DNA of 64,000 bases from the human T2T-CHM13v2.0 reference genome, Homo sapiens: assembly GCF_009914755.1 (NCBI RefSeq), contig NC_060947.1; one strand, written 5' to 3'. The notes below the pieces were generated by a model. That model ran no database searches. It saw only the letters and a program-made list of their open reading frames with translations, and had not been told where the DNA came from. Below, in pieces: positions 32,356 to 43,266 of this stretch. Numbering within the stretch: the stretch's first letter is position 1; every line of letters starts with the position of its first letter. Made by a program: the position numbers and the translations under genes.

Positions 32356-33950
32356 CCACTTGCAGATTCAACAAAAAGATTTTTTTGAAAGTGCTCTATC
32401 GAAAGAATAGTTGAATTCTGTGAGTTCAATGCACACATCAGAAAGAAGCTTCTGAGAATGGTTCTGTCCAGTGTTTGTGAAGATATCCTATTACCAACGA
32501 AGACCTCAAAGGCTTCCAAATATCCACTTGCAAATTCTACAAAAGAGTGTTTCAAAACTGCACTATGAAAACGAATGTTCAATTCCTTGAGTTGAAAGCA
32601 AACATCAGAAAGAAGTTTCTGAGAATGCTTCTGTGTAGTTTCATTGTGAAGATATTTCCACTTTCACCATAGGCCTCAAAGCCCTCCAAATGTCCACTTG
32701 CAGGTTCTACAAAAAGAGTGTTTCAAAAGTGCTCTATCAAAGGAAAGCTTCAACTCTGTGAGTTGAATCCACACATCACAAAGAAGTTTCTGAGAATGCT
32801 TCTGTCTAGTTTTTATGTGAAGATATTTCGTTTTTCATAACAGGCCTCAAAGCGTTACAAATGTCCACTTGCAGATCCTACAAAAAGAGTTTTTGAAAAC
32901 TGCTCTATCGAAAGAAATGTTCAAGTCTGTGAGTTGAATACACAAATCACAAAGAAGTTTGTGAGAATGCTTCTGTCCAGTTTTTCTGAAGATATCCCAT
33001 TTCCAACGAAGGCCCCAAAGCGGTCCAAATATCCACTTACAAATTCTACAAAAAGAGTGTTTCAAAACTGCTCTATGAAAAGGAATGTTCAACTCTGTGA
33101 GTTGAAAGCAAACAACAAAAAGAAGTTTCTGAGAATACTTCTATGTAGTTTATATGTAATGATATTTCCTTTTTCACCATAGGCCTCAAAGCTCTCCAAA
33201 TGTCCACTTGCAGATTCTACAAAAAGGAGGTTTCAAAACTGCTCTATCAAAAGAGAGGTTCAAATCTGTGAGTTGAAGACACACATCACAAAGAGGTTTC
33301 TGAGAATGCTTCTGTGTAGTTGTTATGTGAAGATATTTCCTTTTTCACCATAGGCCTCAAAGCGCTCCAAATGTCCAGTTGCAGATTCTACAAAAAGAGG
33401 GTTTCTAAACTGCTCTATCAAAAGAAAGGTTAAACTCGGTGAGTTGAACGCACACATCACAAAGTAGTTTCTGGGAATGATTCTGTCTAGTTTTTATATG
33501 AACATATTGCCTTTTGTACTGTAGGACTAAAAGCGCTCTAAATATCCACTTGGAAATACTACAAAAAGACTGTTTCCAATCCGCTCTATCAAAAGGAAGG
33601 TTCAAATCTGTTAGTTGAATGCACACAACACAGAGAAGTTTCTGAGAATTCTTCTGCCTGGTTTTATAGGAAGCAATCCCGTTTCCAATGAAGGCCTCAA
33701 AGAGGTCCAAATATCCAGTGGCAGAATCTACAAAAAGAGTGTCTCAAAACAGCTCTATCAAGAGGAATGTTCAACTATGTGAGTTGAATGGACACATCAC
33801 AAAGTATTTGCTAAGAATGCTTCTGTCTAGTTTTATGTGAAGATAATTCCTTTTCTACCATAGGACTCAAAGCACTCTAAATACACACTTGCTGATTCTA
33901 CAAAAAGAGTGTTTCCAAACTGCTCTATCAAAAAGAATGTACAATTCTGT
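32356..33950 (-). repeat. Inverted-orientation non-HOR alpha satellite (SF5-like, then a few new-family-like monomers)
   Basis: The strand switches to CCACTTGCAGATTCTACAAAAAGAGTGTTTCAAAACTG, and these monomers do not match DXZ1 monomers. Confidence 0.85.
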
Positions 33951-36900
33951 GAGTTAAATGCAATCATCACAGAGTAGTTTCTGAGAATGCTGCTAGGTAG
34001 TTTTTATGAGAAGATAATTCCTTTTACACCACAGTCCGCAAAGCCCTCCAAATGTCCACTTGCAGATTCTAGAAAAAGAGTGTTTCAACGCTGCGCTATC
34101 AAAGGGAAAGTTCAAGTCTGTGAGGTGAATGCAAACATCCCAAAGAAGTTTCTGAGAATGCTTCTGTTTAGCTTTTATGTGAAGATGATCCCGTTTCCAG
34201 TGAAATCTTCAAAGAGGTCCAAATATCCACTTGCGGATCCCACAGAAAGAGTGTTTTGAAACTGCTGTTTCCAAAGGAATCCTCAACTCTGTGAGTTGAA
34301 TGCAATCATCACAAAGAAGTTTCTGACAATGCTTCACTCTAGTTTTTATGTGATGATATTTCCTTTTCCACCACAGAGCACAAAGCGCTCCACATGTCCA
34401 CTTGCAGATTCTACGAAAAGAATGTTTCAAAACTGCTCTATGAAAAGCAATGTTAAACTCTGTGGCTCAAATACAAATATCACAAAAGAGTTTCTGAGAA
34501 TGCTTCAGTTTAGTTTTTCTGTGAAGACATTTCCGTTTCCAAAGAAATCTTCAAAGAGGTCCACATATCCACTTACAGATTATACAAAAAGAGAGTTTCA
34601 AAACGGCTCAATCAAAAGGAAGGTTCAACTCTCTGACTTGAATGCAATCATCACACAGAAGTTTCTGAGAATGCTTCTCTTTGGTTTTTACTTGAAGATA
34701 TACCCGTTTCGTTCGAAGGCCACCCAATTGTCAAAATATACACTTACAGAATCTACAAAAAGAGTGTTTCATACCTCAACAATCAAAGGAAGGTTCATCA
34801 CTGTGAGTTGAATACAAACATCACGAACAAGTTTCTGAGAATGTTTCTTAGTTATGTGAAGTATATCCCGTTTCCAAAGAAATCCTCATAGAGGTCCAAA
34901 TATCCACTTGTAGATTCTACCAAAAGTGTGTTTGGAAACTGCTCCATCACAAGGCATGTTCAGCTCTGGGAGTAAAACTCCATCATCACAAAGAATTTTC
35001 TGACCATGCTTCCGTTTGGTTTTTATATGAAGTTATTTCCTTTACTACCGTAGGCCTCAAAGCAGTCCAAATCACCATTTGCAGATTCTACAATAAGAGT
35101 GTTTCCAATCTGCTCTATCAATAGGAATGTTCACTTCTGTCACTTGAATGCAATCATCACAAAGTACTTTCTGAGTATGCTTCTATATAGTGTTTATGTG
35201 AAGATATTTCCTTTTCCACCACAGGCCTCAAAGCCCTCCAAATGTCCACTTGAAGAATCTAGAAAGAGTGTTTCATAGCTGCTCTTTCAAAAGGAAAGTT
35301 CAACTCTGGGAGTTGAATACAAACATCACAAAGTAGTCTCTGAGAATGCTTCTGTTTAGTTTTTATGAGAAGATGATCCCGTTTCCAATGAAATATTTAA
35401 ACAGGTCCACATATCCACTGGCAGATTCAAAGAAAGAGAGTTTCAAAACTGCTCAATCAAAAGGAGGGTTCAACTCAGTGACTTGAATGCAATCATTACA
35501 CAAAAGTTTCTGGGAATGCTTCTCTTTAGTTTTTAAATAAACATATACCGTATCGAAAGAAGGCAACACAGTGGTCCAAATATCCACGTGCAGATTCTAC
35601 AAAAAGAGTGTTTCAAACCTGAACTATCAAAGAAAGTTTCAAATCTGTGAGTGAAATGCAAACATCATGAAGAAGTTTCTGAGAATGTTTGAGTTTAGTT
35701 ATGGGAAGTTTACCCCTTTTCCAAAAAAATCCTCAGAGAGGTCAAAATATACACTTGCAGATTCTACCAAAAGGGTGTTTGGAAACTGCTCCATCTAAAG
35801 GCATGTTCAGCTCTGTCAGTTAATCTCCATCATCACAAAGAATATTCTGAGAATGCTTCCGTTTGCTTTTTATATGAAGTTCCTTCCTATACTACCGTAG
35901 GCCTCAAAGCAGTCCAAATCTCCATTTGCAGATTCTACAAAAAGAGTGTTTCCAATCTGCTCTATCAATAGGATTGTTCAACTCTGTGAGTTGAATGCCA
36001 TCATCACAAAGTAGTTTCTGACAATGGTTCTCTCTCGTATTTATGTGAAGATATTTCAATTTCCACCACAGGCCTCAAAGCCCTCCAAACGTCCACTTGC
36101 AGATTCTCGAAAAAGAGTGTTTCATAGCTGTTCTTTCAAAAGGAAAGTTCAACTCTGGGAGTTGAATACAAACATCACAAAGTCGTTTCCGAGAATGCTT
36201 CTGTTTAGTTTTTATGTGAAGATGATCCCGTTTCCAATGAAATTTTCAAAGAGGTCCACATATCCCCTTACAGATTCCAAAGAAAGAGGGTTTCAAAACT
36301 GCTCCATCAAAAGGATTGTTCAACTCTGTGAGTTGAATGCAGTCATCGCAGAAAACTTTCTGAGAATGCTTCTGTCTAGGTTTGATGTGAAGATATAGAC
36401 GTTTAAAACGAAGGCTACAAAGTGGTCAAAATAGACACTTGCAGATTCTACTACAAGGGTGTTGCAAACCTGAAATATCAAAGGAAGGTTCCACTCTGTG
36501 AGTTGAATGCAAGCATCACAAAGAAGTTTCTGAGAATGCTTCGGTTCAGTTATGGGAAGTTGAACCCGTTTCCAACGAAATCTTCAGAGAGGTCCAAATA
36601 TCCCCTTGCAGATTCTACAAAAAGTGTGTTTGGAACCTGCTCCACCAAAATGAATGTTCAGCTCTCTCAGTTAAACTCAATCGTCGCAAACAATTTTCTG
36701 AGAGGGCTACTGTCTAGTTTTTATATGAAGTTCTTTCCTTTACTACCACAGGCCTCAAAGCAGTCCACATCTCCTCTTGCAGATTCTACAAAGGAGTGTT
36801 TGCAAACTGCTATATCAAAAGGAATGTTCAACTCTGGGAGTTGAATGCAATCATCACAGAGTAGTTTCTGACAATGCTTCTATATAGTTTTTAGGAGAAG

Positions 36901-39900
36901 ATATTTCCTTTTCCACCACAGTCGTAAAAGCCCTCTAAATATCCACTTGCACATTCTAGAAAAAGTGTGTCAAAACTGCGCTATCAAAGGGAAAGTTCAA
37001 CTCTGTGAGGTGAATGCAAACATCCCAAAGAAGTTTCTGAGAATGCTTCCGTTTACCTTTTAGGTGAAGATTATCCCGTTTCCAACGAAATCTTCCCAGA
37101 GATCCAAATATACCCTTGTGGATCCCACAGAAAGAGTGTTTCGAAACTGCTGTTTCAAAACGACCCTTCAACTCTGTGAGTTGAATGCAGTCATCACAAA
37201 GAAGTTTCTGACAATGCTTCTCTCTCGTCTTTATGTGAAGATAAAACAAAAGGCTTTCAGGCCTTTTCCACCACAGGCCTGAAAGTGCTCCAAATGTCCA
37301 CTTGCAGACTCTGTGAAAAGAATGTTTCAAAACTGCTCTATGAAAAGCAAAGTTGAACTCTATGGCTCGAACACAAACATCACAAAGCAGTTTCTGAGAA
37401 TGCTTCAGTTTAGTTTTTCTGTGGAAATATTCCCGTTTCGAAAGAAATCTTCAAAGAGGTCCTCCACCATATCCACTTACAGATTCTACAAAAAGACAGT
37501 TTCAAAACTGCTCCATCAAAAGGAGGGTTCAACCGTGTGACTTGAATGCAATCATCACTCAGAAGTTTCTGAGAATGCTTCTCTTTAGTTTTTACGTGAA
37601 CATATACCCGTTTCGAACGAAGGCCAGTCAGTGGTCCAAATATCCACTTGCAGATTCTACAGAAAGAGTGTTTCAAACCTGAACTCTGAAAGGAAGGTTC
37701 ATCTCTGTGAGTTAAATGCATTCATCATGAAGAACTTTCTCAGAGTGTTTGTGTTTAGTTATGGGAAATTATTCCCGTTTCCAACGAGATCCTCAGAGAG
37801 GTCCAAATATCCACCTGAAGATTCTACCAAAAGTGTATTTGGAAACTGCTCCATCAAAGGGCATGTTCAGCTCTGTGAGTTAAACTCCATCATCCCAAAG
37901 AATACTCTGAGAATGCTTCCGTTTGCTTTTTATATGAAGTTCCTTCCTATACTACCGTAGGCCTCAAAGCAGTCCAAATCTCCATTTGCAGATTCTACAA
38001 AAAGAGTGATTCCAATCTGCTCTATCAATAGGATTGTTCAACTCCATGAGTTGAATGCCATCCTCACAAAGTAGTTTCTGAGAATGCTTCTATCTAGTTT
38101 TCATGTGAAGATATTTCCTTTTCCACCACAGGCCTCAAAGCCCTCCAAACGTCCACTTGCAGATTCTCGAAAAAGAGTGTTTCATAGCTGCTCTTTCAAA
38201 AGGAAAGTTCAACTCTGGGAGTTGAATACAGACATCACAAAGTAGTTTCCGAGAATGCTTCTGTTTAGTTTTTATGTGAAAATGATCCCGTTTCCAGTGA
38301 ATTCTTCAAAGAGGTCCACTTATCCCCTTGCAGATTCCAAAGAAAGAGGATTTCAAAACTGCTCCATCAAAAGGATTGTTCAACTCTGTGAGTTGAATGC
38401 AGTCATCACACAAAACTTTCTGAGAATGCTTCTGTCTAGGTTTGATGTGAAGATATAGACATTTCAAGCGAAGGCTACAAAGTGGTCAAAATATACACTT
38501 GCAGATTCTACTACAAGGGTGTTGCAAACCTGAACTATCAAAGGAAGGTTCAACTCTGTGAGTTGAATACAAACATCACAAAGAATGTTCTGAGTTTGCT
38601 TCCGTTCAGGTATGGGAAGCTGATCCCGTTTCCAAAGAAATCCTCAGAGAGGTCCAAATATCCCCTTGCAGATTCTACAAAAAGTGTGTTTGGAAACTGC
38701 TCCATCATAACGAATGTTCAGCTCCCTGAGTTAAACTCAATCGTCACAAAGAATTTTCTGAGAGTGCTACCGTCTAGTTTTTATATGAAGTTCTTTCCTT
38801 TACTACCACAGGCCTCAAAGCGGTCCAAATCTGCACTTGCAGATTCTACAAAAAGAGTGTTTGCAAACTGCTCTATCAAGAGGAATGTTCAACTCTGGGA
38901 GTTGAATGCAATCATCACCGAGCAGTTTCTGAGAATGCTTCTATGTCGTTTTTAGGAGAAGATATTTCCTTTTCCAACACAGTCCTCCAAGCCCACTAAA
39001 TATCCACTTGCACATTGTAGAAAAAGTGTGTCGAAGCTGCGCTATCAAAGGGAAAGTTCAACTCTGCGAGGTGAATGCAAACATCCCAAGGAAGTTTCTG
39101 AGAATGCTTCCGTTTAGCTTTTAGGTGAAGATTATCCCGTTTCCAACGAAATCTTCAAAGAGGTCCAAATATCCCCTTGCGGATCCCACAGAAAGAGTGT
39201 TTCGAAACTGCGGTTTCGAAAGGAATCTTCAACTCTGTGAGTTGAATGCAATCATCACAAAGAAGTTTCTGACAATGCTTCTCTCCCGTCTTTCTGTGAA
39301 GATAAAGGAAAAGGCTTTCAGGCCTTTTCCACCACAGGCCTGAAAGCGCTCCAAATGTCCACTTGCAGATTCTGCCAAAAGAATATTTCGAAACTGCTCT
39401 ATGAGAAGCAATGTTAAACTCTGTGGCTCGAACACAAACATCACAAAGCAGTTTCTGAGAATGCTTCAGTTTAGTTTTTCTGTGGAAATATTCCCGTTTC
39501 CAAAGAAATCTTCAAAGAGGTCCACCATATCCACTTACAGATTCTACAAAAAGACAGTTTCAAAACTGCTCCATCAAAAGGAGGGTTCAACCGTGTGACT
39601 TGAATGCAATCATCACTCAGAAGTTTCTGAGAATGCTTCTCTTTAGTTTTTACGTGAACATATACCCGTTTCGAACGAAGGCCACCCAGTGGTCCAAATA
39701 TCCACTTGCAGATTCTACAGAAAGAGTGTTTCAAACCTAAACTCTGAAAGGAAGGTTCATCTCTGTGAGTTAAATGCATTCATCATGAAGAACTTTCTCA
39801 GAGTGTTTGTGTTTAGTTATGGGAAATTATTCCCGTTTCCAACGAGATCCTCAGAGAGGTCCAAATATCCACCTGCAGATTCTACCAAAAGTGTATTTGG

Positions 39901-40500
39901 AAACTGCTCCATCAAAAGGCATGTTCAGCTCTGTGAGTTAAACTCCATCATCACAAAGAATACTCTGAGAATGCTTCCGTTTGCTTTTTATATGAAGTTC
40001 CTTCCTATACTACCGTAGGCCTCAAAGCAGTCCAAATCTCCATTTGCAGATTCTACAAAAAGAGTGATTCCAATCTGCTCTATCAATAGGATTGTTCAAC
40101 TCCATGAGTTGAATGCCATCCTCACAAAGTAGTTTCTGAGAATGCTTCTATCTAGTTTTCATGTGAAGATATTTCCTTTTCCACCACAGGCCTCAAAGCC
40201 CTCCAAACGTCCACTTGCAGATTCTCGAAAAAGAGTGTTTCATAGCTGCTCTTTCAAAAGGAAAGTTCAACTCTGGGAGTTGAATACAGACATCACAAAG
40301 TAGTTTCCGAGAATGCTTCTGTTTAGTTTTTATGTGAAGATGATCCCGTTTCCAGTGAATTCTTCAAAGAGGTCCACTTATCCCCTTGCAGATTCCAAAG
40401 AAAGAGGGTTTCAAAACTGCTCCATCAAAAGGATTGTTCAACTCTGTGAGTTGAATGCAGTCATCGCAGAAATCTTTCTGAGAATGCTTCTGTCTAGGTT
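33951..40500 (-). repeat. Divergent SF3/DXZ1-like HOR edge units (one 17-mer and two variant 12-mers)
   Basis: DXZ1-type monomers appear in the correct order but are diverged. BamHI sites at 34235, 37120, 39181 and 41239 give spacings of 2885, 2061 and 2058 bp. Confidence 0.85.
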
Positions 40501-41720
40501 TGATGTGAAGATATAGACGTTTCAAACGAAGGCTACAAACTGGTCAAAATATACACTTGCAGATTCTACTACAAGGGTGTTGCAAACCTGAACTATCAAA
40601 GGAAGGTTCAACACTGTGAGTTGAATACAAACATCACAAAGAATGTTCTGAGTTTGCTTCCGTTCAGTTATGGGAAGTTGATGCCGTTTCCAACGAAATC
40701 CTCAGAGAGGTCCAAATATCCCCTTGCAGATTCTACAAAACGTGTGTTTGGAAACTGCTCCATCATAACGAATGTTCAGCTCCCTGAGTTAAACTCAATC
40801 GTCACAAAGAATTTTCTGAGAGTGCTACCGTCTAGTTTTTATATGAAGTTCTTTCCTTTACTACCACAGGCCTCAAAGCGGTCCAAATCTCCACTTGCAG
40901 ATTCTACAAAAAGAGTGTTTGCAAACTGCTCTATCAAAAGGAGTGTTCAACTCTGGGAGTTGAATGCAATCATCACAGAGCAGTTTCTGAGAATGCTTCT
41001 ATGTCGTTTTTAGGAGAAGATATTTCCTTTTCCAACACAGTCCTCCAAGCCCGCTAAATATCCACTTGCACATTGTAGAAAAAGTGTGTCGAAGCTGCGC
41101 TATCAAAGGGAAAGTTCAACTCTGTGAGGTGAATGCAAACATCCCAAAGAAGTTTCTGAGAATGCTTCCGTTTAGCTTTTAGGTGAAGATTATCCCGTTT
41201 CCAACGAAATCTTCAAAGAGGTCCAAATATCCCCTTGCGGATCCCACAGAAAGAGTGTTTCGAAACTGCTGTTTCAAAAGGAATCTTCAACTCTGTGAGT
41301 TGAATGCAATCATCACAAAGAAGTTTCTCACAATGCTTCTCTCTCGTCTTTCTGTGAAGATAAAGGAAAAGGCTTTCAGGCCTTTTCCACCACAGGCCTG
41401 AAAGCGCTCCAAATGTCCACTTGCAGATTCTGCCAAAAGAATAGTTCAAAACTGCTCTATGAAAAGCAATGTTAAACTCTGTGGCTCGAACACAAACATC
41501 ACAAAGCAGTTTCTGAGAATGCTTCAGTTTAGTTTTTCTGTGGAAATATTCCCGTTTCCAAAGAAATCTTCAAAGAGGTCCACGCATCCACTTACAGATT
41601 CTACAAAAAGACAGTTTCAAAACTGCTCAATCAAAAGGAGGGTTCAACTGTGTGACTTGAATGCAATCATCACTCAGAAGTTTCTGAGAACGCTTCTCTT
41701 TAGTTTTTACGTGAACATAT

Positions 41721-41737
41721 ACCCGTTTCGAACGAAG
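41721..41737 (-). promoter_or_regulatory. Intact CENP-B box (representative; repeats every 2057 bp)
   Basis: Reverse complement CTTCGTTCGAAACGGGT fits NTTCGNNNNANNCGGGN. Confidence 0.85.
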
Positions 41738-41887
41738 GCCAGCCAGTGGTCCAAATATCCACTTGCAGATTCTACAGAAAGAGTGTTTCGAACCTGAACT
41801 CTCAAAGGCAGGTTCATCTCTGCGAGTTCAATGCATTCATCATGAAGAACTTTCTCAGCGTGTTTGTGTTTAGTTATGGGAAATTAT

Positions 41888-41904
41888 TCCCGTTTCCAAC
41901 GAAA
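41888..41904 (-). promoter_or_regulatory. Intact CENP-B box (representative)
   Basis: Reverse complement TTTCGTTGGAAACGGGA is the canonical box. Confidence 0.92.
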
Positions 41905-42738
41905 TCCTCAGAGAGGTCCAAATATCCACCTGCAGATTCTACCAAAAGTGTATTTGGAAACTGCTCCATCAAAAGGCATGTTCAGCTCTGTGAGTGAAAC
42001 TCCATCATCACAAAGAATATTCTGAGAATGCTTCCGTTTGCCTTTTATATGAAGTTCCTTCCTATACTACCGTAGGCCTCAAAGCAGTCCAAATCTCCAT
42101 TTGCAGATTCTACAAAAAGAGTGATTCCAATCTGCTCTATCAATAGGATTGTTCAACTCCATGAGTTGAATGCCATCCTCACAAAGTCGTTTCTGAGAAT
42201 GCTTCTATCTAGTTTTTATGTGAAGATATTTCCTTTTCCACCACAGGCCTCAAAGCCCTCCAAACGTCCACTTGCAGATTCTCGAAAAAGAGTGTTTCAT
42301 AGCTGCTCTTTCAAAAGGAAAGTTCAACTCTGGGAGTTGAATACAAACATCACAAAGTAGTTTCCGAGAATGCTTCTGTTTAGTTCTTATGTGAAGATGA
42401 TCCCGTTTCCAGTGAAATCTTCAAAGAGGTCCACATATCCCCTTGCAGATTCCAAAGAAAGAGGGTTTCAAAACTGCTCCATCAAAAGGATTGTTCAACT
42501 CTGTGAGTTGAATGCAGTCATCGCAGAAAACTTTCTGAGAATGCTTCTGTCTAGGTTTGATGTGAAGATATAGACGTTTCAAACGAAGGCTACAAAGTGG
42601 TCAAAATATACACTTGCAGATTCTACTACAAGGGTGTTGCAAACCTGAACTATCAAAGGAAGGTTCAACTCTGTGAGTTGAATACAAACATCACAAAGAA
42701 TGTTCTGAGTTTGCTTCCGTTCAGTTATGGGAAGTTGA

Positions 42739-42755
42739 TCCCGTTTCCAACGAAA
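42739..42755 (-). promoter_or_regulatory. Intact CENP-B box (representative)
   Basis: Reverse complement TTTCGTTGGAAACGGGA. Confidence 0.92.
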
Positions 42756-43249
42756 TCCTCAGAGAGGTCCAAATATCCCCTTGCAGATTCTACAAAACGT
42801 GTGTTTGGAAACTGCTCCATCATAACGAATGTTCAGCTCTCTGAGTTAAACTCCATCGTCACAAAGAATTTTCTGAGGGTGCTACCGTCTAGTTTTTATA
42901 TGAAGTTCTTTCCTTTACTACCACAGGCCTCAAAGCGGTCCAAATCTCCACTTGCAGATTCTACAAAAAGAGTGTTTGCAAACTGCTCTATCAAAAGGAA
43001 TGTTCAACTCTGGGAGTTGAATGCAATCATCACAGAGCAGTTTCTGAGAATGCTTCTATGTCGTTTTTAGGAGAAGATATTTCCTTTTCCAACACAGTCC
43101 TCCAAGCCCGCTAAATATCCACTTGCACATTGTAGAAAAAGTGTGTCGAAGCTGCGCTATCAAAGGGAAAGTTCAACTCTGTGAGGTGAATGCAAACATC
43201 CCAAAGAAGTTTCTGAGAATGCTTCCGTTTAGCTTTTAGGTGAAGATTA

Positions 43250-43266
43250 TCCCGTTTCCAACGAAA
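43250..43266 (-). promoter_or_regulatory. Intact CENP-B box (representative)
   Basis: Reverse complement TTTCGTTGGAAACGGGA. Confidence 0.92.
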
